In this document: positions 24,062 to 37,209 of the stretch, in pieces
How positions within the stretch are numbered: the stretch's first letter is position 1
Layout of the letters: the number at the start of each line of letters is the position of its first letter
NCBI GenBank assembly: GCA_030390025.1
Contig: CM059430.1
Coordinates: 72,788,001 to 72,852,000, forward strand
Reading direction: 5' to 3'
DNA: 64,000 bases
Source of the DNA: Squalus acanthias
Taxonomy: Eukaryota
Notes under the pieces: generated by a model
What the model was told of the DNA's origin: nothing
Database searches by the model: none
What the model saw: the letters and a program-made list of their open reading frames with translations, nothing else
Position numbers and translations under genes: made by a program

Positions 24062-24930
24062 ATGTTTTTATTCATTCACGGGATGTGTGCGTCCCTGCAA
24101 GGCCGGCTTTATTGCCCATCCCTATTTTCACTTGAGATGGTGGTGAGCTGCTTTCTTGAACCACTGCAGTCCTTGTGGTGAACGTACTCGCGCAGTGCTG
24201 TTAGGCAGAGAGTTCCAGGATTTTATCCCTGCGATGATGAACGATGAGGGAACGGCGATATATTTCCAAGCCAGGATGGTGTGTAACTTGGAGGGGAAGT
24301 TGCAGGTTCCCATGCGTCTGCTGCCCTTGTCCTTCTAAGTGGTAGAGGTCGCGGGTTTGGGAGGTGCTGCCGAAGAAGCATTGGCGAGTTGCTGCAGTGC
24401 ATCTTGTAGATGGTACACACTGCAACCACAGTGCGCCGCTGGTGATGCTAGACTAGTCTGTGGGACAGCCTTCCCAATTATGGCATAATTCCCCAAATGT
24501 TAGTGAGGAGGACTTTGCAGGGTGGATTGGGCTGGGTATGTCATTGATCAGGTCGGAAGCCGGTGCCTAGGTTGATGCCGGGTGGTCCGCCCAGTTTCAT
24601 TCTTATTATTGTTTTTCGTAGCGGTTGTGTATAACTGAGAGACTTGTTAGGCCATTTTAGAGGGCAGTTAAGAGCTGTGGGTATCGAGTCACATATAGGC
24701 CAGACCAGGTAAGGCCGGCAGATTTCCTTTCCGTAAATGACATTAGGGAATCAGATGGGTTTTTACGACAATCGGATAGTTTCGTGATCACCATTACTGA
24801 TACTAGCTTTTTATTCCAGATTTATTTAATTCAATTTAAATTTCTCAGCTGCCATGGTTCGATTTGGAGTTACACTATCTTGATCATTAATCGAAGCCTC
24901 TGGATTCCAGTAACATAATCCACTATGCTA
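24062..24930 (-). mobile_element. L2 LINE 3' end and associated SINE-like sequence
   Basis: VAAVCTIYKMHCSNSP.LL.QHLPNP...SWNSLPNS...FKKAAHHHL; tail ending gaatgaataaaa. Confidence 0.7.
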
Positions 24931-27900
24931 CCTTGCCAGGCTCTAAGGAAAACAATCCAAGCTTATCTAGTCTCACCACATAACTGAATTCCCTCAGTCC
25001 TGGTATAATTCCGGTATTCTCTTCTGCACCCTCCAACGCCTCGACGTTCTTCAAAAAGTGTGATGCCCATAATTTGACACAACAGCTGAGGTCCAATCAG
25101 CGATTTATAAAGGTTTAGCATAACTTCAGAAACATGAGAAAATTAAAAGTTTTTACTAATAAAGGAACGAATAATTCCTGATAAAATATTAGAAATTGAA
25201 AGTTAGAATCGTGTAATCTAACAGATATGTATGCGTTTGGCTGGGAAAGAGCGAGATGATCGCTTCGCAGTAATTGCAAACCAGGAAAAATACCTTTCCG
25301 CAAATAGGAACTTAACAATAGTTGGGCAATAGAAAATGTTGCTGGGAAATTGTTATTGAGATAAAGTGAGGTAATTGACACTGACATCAAAATTGGAATA
25401 ATCCAGTTTGCATGAACAAGAAATGACGGAAAGATTTTTGCAAATGTGCTAACAATACGGATAGCAAAGCAACTGCCATGCTTTACCACAGGAAACGTTG
25501 TTATATTTGGGTGCCTCAGGGCTGATTTGATACTTCACCGTTGACTCGAAATTAGACAAAACGTAATGTTGGAGTCCTGCCAAAAAATTTCGGCTCAGCA
25601 TCGACATTAAAACTGCGATTTGGAAACTGGGGTTGAAGGCCCCAACTGGCTCCGACGACAAGCAGGGTGACTCTCTCGTTATCATCATCTATTATCAGGT
25701 TTGGGCCTGACTCCGTATTGTGGATGCATTTAATCTATTTGTCTGTTTCCCTGGGTATCCTGAGTCCCGGCAGCATAGCGAAGCACCCAGGTGGAAAACG
25801 GCAGCCAGATGCCCTCAGGATGTAAGAGACTCAGGCTTAACTATATTCGCTCACATACCCGACAAATTAAGTGGTTCGAGAGAAATGGCCCAGTTGCAGC
25901 TTCTTCGGGATATCCTTGTAACTGGGTGTCCATTTGACAAAACCACAACATCATGAGGTGAGGGAAGGTACAGCAACATCTACCACGTTAAAACCCTTCT
26001 ATTTCTGGTACAGATAATGCTTTCCACATTGTGTAAGTCCCAGAAATCGCAGACTCAATAGAGGAGGCAGTTCCATGGCTGTATGCATTTTTCGTGACTT
26101 TGTAATGGCTGGATAGACGTTCCCAGGTGCTGCCCGAGGAAAATCGGCGCAACACTAAATGTTCATCTCTGGTACGATCGTTGTGTCTTTGTTCTTGGGA
26201 TGCAGTTGATGTTTACAAGGTAAATGTTTATTTGTAATTATCCTGAAAATGTGTTTGTGGGCCTTACCTTCAAGTCCTTTCGCCCCAGTGGTCGACGTAG
26301 AAATTGGATATCGCCAAGAAATGGGCAATGTTAAGATTAAATGACGTTAAGCTGCCTGCCCCAACTGAAAATTGTTTATGCAGTACACAAGATCCGTGCT
26401 CACTATTCATTAACATGATTGTAGTCATGATTACAGCAATGATACAGATGCTCAGTGCTCACTGACTTTATACTCAACAGGTCGACCAATTTCGGGCCAG
26501 TCTAATTCAGATTCATGACTGCCACTGGCATTTTCCACGACGTAAAGGGGAGGTTCAATCATGCTAGCAGCACCTCATTGTCAGTGTGGTTGGGTGATCA
26601 GCTGTCACAACTGCAAAGTAAAGAAGCCTCACGACAAGAATTTCCAACTTACAAGTGGTCATGACAGAGACTTGGCAGGGGGAGAGAGCCCACAGGTTCT
26701 CTGATGAAGCTCTGCAGCCAATGGTAATTGCAGTGGGGAGGAGGCAAGCAGTTGTAGACTGGCATGAGGCCCTCAAAGGAAACATCCATGTTGCGTGAGT
26801 TGGCGTTCCACATCACAGTAAGCACTGCGGTCCCCAGGACTCAAACCCAGTAGAGGAAGAAGTTTAACGACCTCATACGGGTGGACAAGGTAGGTGAAGG
26901 CTTCACTAAACGCCATATGTCACCATCGGCACCACAAGCTACACACACTGCTCAATGCACCAAACCCCCAGCACTCACAAGCCAACCTCTACATATTAGC
27001 ACTCACACCCACATCTCACACTTTGCACTCAATGGCAGCTATACAAATATGGGAGACACATCTTTCAAACACATTGCACTAAATTCACTCACGCTCTTCT
27101 CTTTTTCTTGCAGACCAAAGTCGCACAAAATCGGAGGGAGAAGGAGCAACAGGCTGGGGCCAAGCGGTCCCCCTACAGCTCAGCCAGCTCGAGGAGTAAG
27201 TAATCAAAATCTTTCAGAGACACGAGGTAGAGGCCATGAACACCGCCGAGGTTGAACTCCTTGTGGACAACAACGGTATCTTCATTACTAATCCATCTTC
27301 TCAAATCCCACTTCACCTTCGGCCCACAATCTGTTCTCAATTTCAAACTGCTCATGCTGAATGCATGCATGTCTTGCTTCACACCCTCCTTCCTCACCAT
27401 AACCCGACACTTGTGCCTATCTGCTTTCAGATAATCACCAAGCACTTGAGCTGTTGTCCCCGAGGGCACCGCTGAGAGTGAGGGGAGAGTACAATGGAGA
27501 ATTAAGACATCGCATCACTCACTCGCAGACACCAGCTCAGAAACTGGCATTGCGCGTACTTTAGAGGCTGGTGTACAAGTAGGATCGGCACAGGGTGATA
27601 TGCCGAGTACGAGAGGGCTGCAGCAAGGCCAGGGGGAAAGGATAGCTTGGGGGCAAGCTCCCCGCAGGGCGAGTTCATGCACGAATTCTGCTCCACAGTA
27701 GTTAGTTGAGGACATCGATGGGGAGACCTTCAGAAAAAGGGCGATGGGCATGCATACAGAAATCATGGGTAAAATGGCAAGGCTGCAAGAGATTTCTCGG
27801 CAATGTGAAGGAACGTGTCGGGGGCCTGCCTCCAACATTGTATGGGGCTCTGCAGAAATAATGCAGCCGATGATACAAGCTTGGAAATTATTTTACACTC

Positions 27901-29012
27901 CCAGGGAGACCGTGGCAACCCAGATGTGATGGCGCACATGATGGGGAATGTCACAGTTTCAATTGAGGAACAGCCGGAAGCGACCTAATGTCGAAGTGCT
28001 GCAGTGGAAGCACAGATTGCTCTCATGCAGTCTTTGTTTGGTGCCATCCAAGCTCAGACAGCTCTCATGCAATCTCAGCTTGAAGCCAACCAAGCTCTGA
28101 CTGCTGACATCGTGGCTGGGCTTACCACCGTCGACCGGAGCATGCAATGTGTCACAGCATTCCAGCAATCTGTGCTCCAACTCATTGCTTGGAAAGCTGA
28201 GGGGGCGCCCCGGGGGAGTGACAGTGGGTCAGTGGAACAGAGCCCTGCTGTCTTCTCTCATGATGACAGCATTCCTCTTCCTAGCACTGCCATTCCGTCA
28301 TTGCTAATGCCGCTGCCTGTTAGCCAGCCAGCCCTGACTTGTGCTCGACATGTCGAGGTGGTGCCGTCTACAGCCGGACCTTTTTGGCCCAGAACTGCTC
28401 GAGGACGTCCTGCAAGGCCATCTGAATTCTCCTAGGAGCTTCGTAGGTGCACTAGTTCAGGAAAACACACACGAAGGACAGACACTAAGGGATTGCAGAA
28501 GGGTGATTAATTGATAATATTATTGTAAACATGTGTAAAGTGAATATTGATAAATTTATTATTTTTGTTTGGAATCTTTTGTGGTGTCTCCCCTTTCAGC
28601 GTTTTGCCCTAGAGAAGCATTATATATTTTGTGAGACAGGGGTGGTATGATGCGGATGTGGTGAGACACGGGCCCTGGGTTTCAATTATTCGAATCAGAG
28701 TATGACGAGCCGCTCACGGATAGCCCGTCCGGATGGACGATTGGGTGCCTGCCTCTTTCCCTCCCACCTCTTCCACTTTTCCCCTTTCTCTTCTTCTTCC
28801 TCCTCGTCCTACTCCTCGTCCTCCTCTCCCTGGTCCTCCTCAAGAGTTCGAGAATGAGGAACTTAAATTATTAAAAAAGTAGTACTGGAGAAATTAATGG
28901 GGCTGAAAGTCAATTAATCCCCTACAACTGATTACCTGCCTCCTAGTGTTTTGAAAGACTTGGCTATAGAGATAGTGGATGCACGGCTTGTCATTTTCCA
29001 AACTTCCACATT

Positions 29013-29775
29013 GGGCCAGAAATCCGGCTCTTGTCGTGTGAGTACGTGCTGTGTACTCACCGGTAAGGCCACCTGAAGTGCGGGTTTCACCCTTGCACTG
29101 CGCATGCGTCGGGAACCGGATCTTCCGTTCCCCTGAAGGAAGGGGTTCAGAAGTCGAACGCGTGCACCAGAGAGGCAGCGCGCACGCAGCAAACTTAGGT
29201 TTTTTTCCAGGTTTCTCCGTGAGGGTAAGGATGGAGAAGCTGCACATTTAAAAAGGGGGCGCAACACCTGTTTTCAACAAGGTAAGTGATTAATTAATTA
29301 CAATTTATACATTTTTTCAACGGGTTTATCTTTTTTACATACTTTAAAGAAAGATAAGTTTATTTTTAGCACGGCTAAAAAGTTTAATTAATTTTTAAAA
29401 ATATTTAAATTTTTGTTTAAATGAGTTAATTTATGTAATTTATAGTTATTTAAAAATGTGATGGTTTGTTTTTAAATTTATTTCAAGTTTTATTGTGGTT
29501 TTGGGGCCGATCTCTATTCATAGATTTGACAGGTCTTCCTGTCAAATCTATGAATGAAAATTCCCTGCCAAGATTGGCTCTCCATTGCCCATGTGATCCC
29601 AGGGTCGCTTCGAACTAACTGCGCCCATAGGATATGCAAGTACTGCGCGCCGCCAGCTGCAGGAGGCCCAGGACCCGAATTCCTCATGGGCCCGAAGCAC
29701 AACGGCAGGCACGGTGGGTAAGTATGCGCACGATGCTTGCACTCACAGGAAGCCGGTAAACCGAATTTCTGGCCC
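29013..29775 (-). mobile_element. Harbinger MITE
   Basis: TIR GGGCCAGAAAT / ATTTCTGGCCC, flanks att/act. Confidence 0.9.
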
Positions 29776-29778
29776 ACT

Positions 29779-30530
29779 TGCCCAAGAAATCGGTCCCCAC
29801 GGCTGAGTGCGCGCTGTGTACTCACACGTAGGGCCACGGGAAGTGCCGGTTTCTCGAATGCACTGCATATGCACGGGAAAACGGAACTTCCGGCCTCGTG
29901 AAGGAAGGGGTTCGCGGGTCAACAGCGTGCGCGGGACAGGCAGCACGCACGCAGCAAACTTAAGCTTTTTTTATAGGTTTCTCCATGCGGGTAAGTCCCT
30001 AGCAGCTGCGCGGGGAAAAGGCAGGCGCACGGCCTGCTTTTAACAAGGTAAGTGGAGAATTAAGTAAAATTAAAACATTTTTTCCACAGGTTTATTATTT
30101 TTAAACAATTTAAAGAAAGGTAAGTTTATTTTTAGCCCCGTTAAAAATTGTAATTAATTTTTGGAAAAATTTAAATTATTGTTTTCTGTAATTTATAGTT
30201 TTTTTTAAAAGGTGATGTTGTTTTTTTAAATTTAACTGAAGTTTTAGTTAGGTTTTGGGGCCAATTTCTATTCATAGATTTCACAGGTCTTCCTGTCAAA
30301 TCCATGAATGGAGATTCCCTGCTCCGATTGGCTCCCCATGCCCCACGTGATCCCAGGGGATGCTTCGAACTAACTGCGCCGCTGGGATCCGCGAGCACTG
30401 CACACCGGCAGCTGGGGGTGGCCCAGGATCTGAATTCCACGGGGGCCCACAGCACAATGGCAGACGCGCTAGGTAAGTGCACGTCGTGGGCTTGCACCCG
30501 CGGGAAGCCTCCGACCCGAATTTCTAGCCC
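29779..30530 (-). mobile_element. Harbinger MITE directly abutting the previous one
   Basis: Termini TGCCCAAGAAATCGG / CCGAATTTCTAGCCC, flanks act/aat. Confidence 0.88.
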
Positions 30531-33099
30531 AATGATGAGAATTATGATATCTAGCCGCTGCTTAAACAGGAGCCAATGTAATTCAGCGAGCACAGGGGTT
30601 ATGGGGGTAATATAATGGCATGGATTGGGGATTGGCTAACGGAGAGAAAACAGAAAGTAGGAATAAACGTTTCATGTTAGCAGGCTGTAACTAGTTGGGT
30701 ACCGCAAGGATCCGTACTTGGGCATCAGCTATTCACAATCTACATCAATGATTTGGTTTAGGGTACCAAATGTAAAGTATCCAAGTTTGCTGATGATACA
30801 AAGCTAAGTGGGAATGTAATTTGTGAGGAGGATGCAAGGAGGCTTCAAGGGGATATAGATATGTTAAGTAAGTGGGCAAGAACATGACAAATAGAATATA
30901 ATGTGGACAAATGTGAAGTTATCCACTTTGGTCGGAAAAATAGACAAGCAGAGTATTTTTTAAATGGTGAGAGATTGGGAAGCGTTGGTGTTCAGAGGGA
31001 CCTGCTTGTCCTTGTACACGAATCGTTGAAAGTTAACATGCTGGTACAGCAAGTAATTAGGAAAGCAAATCGTATGTTGGCCTTTATTACAAGATGATTT
31101 CCGTATAAGATTAAAGACGCCTCACTGCAATTATATAGCAGCCTGGTGAGACCACACCTGCAGTATTGTGTACAGTTTGGTCTCCATACCTAAGGAAGGA
31201 TATACTTGCCATAGAGGGATGGCAACAAAGGTTCCTGGGATGGGGGATTGTCCTAAGAGGGGAATTTGAGTAGAAGAGGCCTATATTCTCTGGGGCATAA
31301 ATGAATGAGAAGTGATCTCATTGAAACATACATAATCCTTACAGGGCTTCACAGGGTAGATGCAGGGACGATGTTTTCCCTGGCTGGGGAGTCTCGAACT
31401 AGAGGTCACAGACTCAGAATATGGTGTCCGCCATTTAGGACTGAGATGAGGAGATATTTCTTCACTCAGAGGGTGGTGAATCTTTGGAATTCTCTACGCT
31501 AGATGGCTGTGCATGCTCTGCCATTCAGTACATTCAAGACAGAGATCTATACGTTTTTGAATATTAAGGGAATCAAGGGATATGGGTACAGTTCAGGAAA
31601 GTGGAATTGAGGTAGAAGATCAGCCATGATCTTAATGAATGGCGGGGCAGGCAAAAGGGCCAAATGGTCTACTCCTGGTCCTATTTCTTATGTTCTTATG
31701 TTCTTATGGAGTCCCTGCTGCCAAGAGCTGCGCCATCATGATCGCCAAGTTGTGAAGCATGCAGCAGGTTCCCATGAGTTAGGACAGTCGCTCAGCTGAG
31801 TACTGGAGTGCTCCTTCCGAGCGGTCATGGCAGCGGAACCATTGCTCTGAACCCTAATGGTCTGCTCGATAATGTTCCTGGTGGATACGTGGCTTTCATT
31901 ATATGAGTGTTGGGGAAGTGTGTTGGAGTTGCGGAGAAGATTCATGATCCAGGTGGAGAGCGGATAGCCCCTGTCACCGAGCAGCCAGCCGCGAGCGTGT
32001 TGTGGTGGCTGGAAGATTGCTTGCAGACCAGACTGGCGAAGGATGAAGGCATTGTAGCTGCTGCCAAGATTGCGGGCATTGACATTGAGAATTCACTGCA
32101 CGTGGTCGCACATCAGCAACACATTTAGTGAGTGGTAGCCTTTGCGGTTATGGAAGCTCTCAGGTTTGTTATACAGTGCCCACAAAGCCACGTGAGTGCA
32201 GTCGACGTTGCCGTGCACCACGGGGAAGACCGCTGAACTGGCAAAGCCACATGCACACTTATCCCGCTTCTCGCTGTTGAGAGAGAGGCCAACGTATTCC
32301 CTTCTCCTGGTGTAGATAGTCTCAGCGATCTCCCGGATGCAGCGATGCATGGTGAACTGTGAGATGTTAACTATGTGTCCTCCTGCAGAGAGGAGGGATC
32401 CACTGGCGAATAAATTGAGGGCCACGGTGACATTGACTGCTACTGAGAGAGCCGTGTTCGCTCTGCTCTCAGGCTGAAGGTCTGGCTGCAGTAGTTGACA
32501 GAGTTCTATGATCACTTCGTTGGTGAAGCATACCCTCCTAAGAAACTGCTCCTCGCTTACGTGGAGGTAGGAACAGTGCTGACGGACGACCCTAGGTGGG
32601 TAACGCCTCCCGTTGACAGCCCTCGTCGTCCTCCCTCATCACGCATTTTCTTGTCTTCATCGCTGCCTCCGCTCTCTTTGCTATAGATCCTGGAGGGTGA
32701 GGTCGACTGCCAGTACAGTTGCGTGACTGTGAGCAAGTGTTGTGAGCAGAAGCCTTTGCCAAATAATGAGGGAGTTCTTCACTTGAAACATAACTCCCTA
32801 TTACAAAATAACCTGGGAATAAGTGAAGAAAGCTTTTGGAATTGCAGGAAGCAGAACACAGCCACTGAAACTGCGAAAACCTGTCAGTTGCAGCTGATTG
32901 CTGATGATCATTTTAAATATCATTGCCAGAGATTCCTTCCTGCGCTCCCTATCATTTAGAAATTCCGGTAATTTCAATGGCGAGAACGAGTACTGTAGAT
33001 CGGCCATTAGCTGGCAGAAGAGTGGACGCAGCCACTTTTTCTACATTTCGCCAAGTTAACAGGTGGCGCAAACTACCCGAATTTCTAGGCCGATGCTCC

Positions 33100-34480
33100 C
33101 ACGATCATGTTAGTTAGGTAATTGCATATTTTGGGTTTTGTGATGTTTAGGGTGGTGGATTGGCTGCCGATAAAGAGGACCGGTTTGTCCTTGACACTAT
33201 CGAGTCTCTTTATCGTTGGTGCAGCTGTCCAGGCAATTGGAGAGCATGCGCAAACTCTTCTGCCTTACGCTTTGTAGGTGGAGGAAAGGCTATGGGGAGT
33301 CAGCAGTTGAGCTCCTCGTCACAGAATAGCCAACATCTGACCTGTTCTGTTAGCCACGGCATTTATGTGGGTTGTCCATTTGAGCTTCTGGTTATTGGTA
33401 ACCCCTAGTATATTGATGGTGGGGGCTTTGGTGTTGGTAAGGGCTTAGAATGTCAAGCGAGGATGGTTATACCATCTCTTGTTGCAGATCGTCGTTGCTA
33501 GGCACTTGAGTGGCGCGAATATAACGTGCGACTTATCAGCCCCAGTCTGGTTGTTTTCCATGTCTTTCTGCATGTGGGCATGGACTGCTTCGTTATCTGA
33601 GGGATTGTTTCCCTTCTGTTCCTCTTCTCTTTCTCTTCTGACCAAAGTTCCTTCGTTCAGCACTTGAAAATTGTTGTCCCTAGGGGACACGGCCCTGTGG
33701 CACTGATAAGAACATAAAAACATAAGAAATAAGAGCAGGACTAGGCCATACGGCCCCTCGAGCCTGCTCCGCCATTCAATAAGATCATGGCTGATCTTCC
33801 ACCTCAAGTCCACTTTCCCGCTTGATCTTCCCCTAGATTCCAAAATCTATCTGTCTCAGCCTCCTGCAGCGACAGGCTGCGCCTCAGATAATTGGCGTCC
33901 AGCAACCAATATCATCTTTGTGCTAGTTAGTTAATCAGCCATTGGAGTGTTTTTCCCCTGACCGCCATTTTCTTTAGTTGGTGTCACACTGGTTCGAATG
34001 CAGGCTTGATGTCCAGGGCAGTCACTCTCAGCTGATTTTTGGAATTCAGCTCTTTTGTCCATGATTCATCTCAGGCTGTGATGAGGTCAGAGCTGACTGT
34101 TGCTGACGAAACATGAACTAAACAATGGTGAGCAGGTTATTGATGAGTACGTGGCGTTTGATAGCACTATTTCCGAGTCCTTCAGTAATTTTGCGGATGA
34201 TTGAGAACAGGCTCATATTATAGCAATTTTCCAGTTGCATTTGTCTTGCTTTTTGTGAACACAAAATAATTGGGAAGGTTCCAGTGTTGCAGCTGTACTG
34301 GAACAGCTTGTCTAGTTGCAGTGCTGGTTCTGGAGCACCGTCTTCAGCTGCACAGAAGGGACATATTTGTGAACCACAGATTTAGCTGTGTCTAATGCAC
34401 TCAACGTTTCTTGATATTCTGTGACGTGAATAGAATTGGCTTCAGACAGGCATCTGTGATGTTTGGTAGCTGAGGAGGAA
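33100..34480 (-). mobile_element. Decayed L2-like LINE with a CR1 3' tail (33706-33860)
   Basis: Degenerate LINE ORF2-like sequence continuous with the start of the duplicated unit; CR1 tail ataagaacataa..gagcctgctccgccattcaataagatcatggctgatc. Confidence 0.5.
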
Positions 34481-35947
34481 GCCGAGAAATACAGTATAAT
34501 TGGTAGGACACTTCGAAGTTCAGAAGACCACAGGGACCTGGAAGGCATGTCCACAGAGCCTTGAAGGTAGCAGGACAGGTAGATAAGGTGGCTAAGAAGG
34601 CATACGGGATACTTGCCTTTATTACACGAGGCATAGAATTTAAGAGCAGGGAGGTTATGCTTGAACTGTATAAAGCACTAGTTAGGCCACATCTAGAATA
34701 CTAGGTGCAGTTCTTGTCTAAGCATTACAGGAAGGATGTGATTACACTAGATGGGGTGCAGAGGAGATTTACGAGGATGTTGCCTGGGCTGGGGAATTTT
34801 ATATATGAGGAAAGATTGGATAGGCTGGGGTTGTTTTCTTTGGATCAGAGAAGGCTGAGGGGGGACCTAATTGAGGTTTATAATGTTATGAGTGCCTAGA
34901 TAGAATGCATAGGAAGCACTGATGATGTCAATGGTGGGCTATTCTACAGGGATGAGATTTTGCATTGTATCAGGACCACGCCAGTGCTGCTTGTTGTGAG
35001 CCAGGTTCCCCTGGAAGAAGATTGGAATTGGAGTAATATATATCCTGGGCACTGAGTTTCAACCCAAACCGTGTATTCATCAGCTTACCAATGTATGCAA
35101 GATGACAGGAAGAATTAGATAATTAGGTCAAGAAAGAGAAGTGCCTGCGAAAACTGCAGCAGCTTTTGCGGGCGTGAGTGTAAGCAAAAGGGAGGTGCAG
35201 TAAGGACTTGTGGGCAGCTAGGGCAATTGGAAGTGAGATGGATTGAGAATGCTGAGATGAAAGTAAACCCCTTCATGGCAGTGCAGAAAGTATGAGAGAA
35301 ATGATGGCGAGCTTTACATTGGCACTTCTGATGAGATCATTAATGCTAGTAATTACCACGGCTGTTCGGCTGAATGTATGCTGTAACTTCGGTGAAAAAC
35401 TGAGGAAACCCATGGAAATTCTAAACGAAAGTGTCTTTCTGCACTGCAACCTGGTCCGGGAGATAATGCTGATCACATTAACGTATGATGCCATCTCTTG
35501 TCATGCCCGTATCCCAGGCAGCTTTAGTGCAGGCAGTGGACTTTGGAAGTGGACGTCCTTCGTATTGAGCATTTGTTCCACCAGCATTTACAGAGCTGTA
35601 TGTGAACGCCTCTGGACCTTGAGTTGATTTTTCTTAGCTTCAGACATCACCCTGAAGCGTCAAAGCGTTGTTTCCCTGTTTTGGTAAAAAAAAAGATGCA
35701 CCTCCCCATTAAGGTGCTGCAGCACTTAACAGCACTCAGCAGCACATGATTTCCCACTTTCTAATCAGCGAATTGCCTGCAGAAAGCGCGCTTCGTGCTG
35801 GCAGACCAGCTCAACCTGCAAATGCGGGACAACAGAGAAGCTAGGAATGGTTTACCGGCTCCTCTTCTCGCTGGCTGTTGCTTTCACCCCGCTCTCCTTC
35901 CCGCCATTGCCTCGAAGTACAACTTGCAATTATACAGCGCCTTTAAT

Positions 35948-36609
35948 AGGCCAGAAATTCGGTTCTCCGGCTTCCCGCGATAGCAAGAATCGCACGCACT
36001 TACATAGCGCACCTGCAGTTGTACTTCGGGCCCGCGTGAAATTCCGATGCTGAGCCTCCTGCAGCTGCCCACGTGCAGTGCTTGCATATCCCAGGGGAGT
36101 GGTTAGTTCGAAGCATCCCCTGGGATCAGGTTGGCCATGGAGAGCCAAACGGAGCAGGGAATCTCCATTCATAGTTTTGACAGGAAGACCTGTCAAATCT
36201 ATAAAGAGAGATCGGCACCAAAACCTCACTAAAAAATCAAATAAAATAAAAAAAGTCAACTTTTTAAAATAACAATAAATTACATAAATTAACTACATTA
36301 AACAAAAATTTTTATTTTTGAAAAAATTAATTACACTTTTTAATGGTGTTAACAATAAACTTACCTTTCATTAAAGTATGTAAAAATGATAAAAATGTTG
36401 AAAGAATGTTTAATTGTGCTTAATTCACGATTTACCTTGTTAAAAGCAGGGCATGCTTCTCCTTTTTTACTGCGCAGCTTCTCCGTACTTACCCTCAGAG
36501 AGAAACCTGAAAAGGTCTGTGCGGTGCCTCTCCAGCACATGTGTTTGACCTCTGAACCCCTGCCTTCAGGTAAACGGAAGTTCCGGTTTCCAGCGCACGC
36601 GCAGTGCAA
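35948..36609 (+). mobile_element. Right-truncated Harbinger MITE at a ~1.8-kb deletion in copy 2
   Basis: Left TIR AGGCCAGAAATTCGG after gcctttaat. Sequence rejoins copy-1 homology at ~3436. Confidence 0.8.
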
Positions 36610-37062
36610 TTAAAACAAATATTTAATTTTTGAAAAATAAATTTAAACATTTTCAAGTCCCAAAAAGAACCTAAACAATTTTTAAAGATATTAATTTGTT
36701 TAAATCATTAAAAAGATTTATTTTAATATTTATTTAAACCCTTCCACTGATAAAATAAGTCCTTATGCCTGCTTTTAACTGGCATTAGTGTTTCATGCGC
36801 ATTTGCTGGGCAGTAGTTGGGCAATTAGTGAATGTCCATTTTCTGCACATGCGAATGATCTGTCAAGCTGAATATTGACAGATCACAAGTTCTGCGTTTT
36901 CACGCAGGCGTATCGCATGAAGAAAACTGGAACATGCAGGGCTCTTATGGCTCTGTACACAGTAGGAACCTGATCAAAGGCACTGGATAATTTGGGCCAA
37001 TAGCGTCATAAATTTAAAGCAAAAACGAATACCAAATTAGTTTCCTCTTACATGTTCTATAG

Positions 37063-37209
37063 ATTCCCCAGCTCCGTTACGGATTATTTCGCTGAAGAGA
37101 GCTCATCTGCTCTGACTCCAATCTGTAAAACGACAGAGTTCTGCCCGGAGTCTCTGACCTTCACTTGGTATGAAGATCACACGAGCATTGTGACTGGGAT
37201 CAACACAGC
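37063..37209 (+). pseudogene. Paralogous truncated C1-set exon
   Basis: Inside ORF 37052-37270: SSALTPICKTTEFCPESLTFTWYEDHTSIVTGINT. Same acceptor and same truncation point as 3891-4036. Confidence 0.8.

Larger units (their letters stand above)
28860..31708 (+). mobile_element. CR1 LINE RT/3' part with two nested MITEs
   Basis: VSKFADDTKL, KCEVIHFGRKN, LVRPHLQYCV; (TTCTTATG)n tail at ~31686-31708. Confidence 0.85.
26500..33092. mobile_element. Formerly autonomous Harbinger: Myb-like gene (+, ~26700-28500) converging on transposase (-, 31710-32700 and 28680-28850), split by a CR1
   Basis: Transposase motifs LNLFASGS..HRCIRE..FPVVHGNVDCTHV..NRKGYHSLNV. The acidic C-terminus resumes left of the CR1. 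Right TIR ccgaatttctaggcc at ~33092. Myb motif R...Q.RKKFNDL at ~26850. Confidence 0.8.

Noticed and set aside
25733-25830. Leader-like MHLIYLSVSLGILSP on the plus strand
   Set aside because: No GT donor at the expected position, no V exon found downstream, and it resembles the MITE arm at ~62600-62700.
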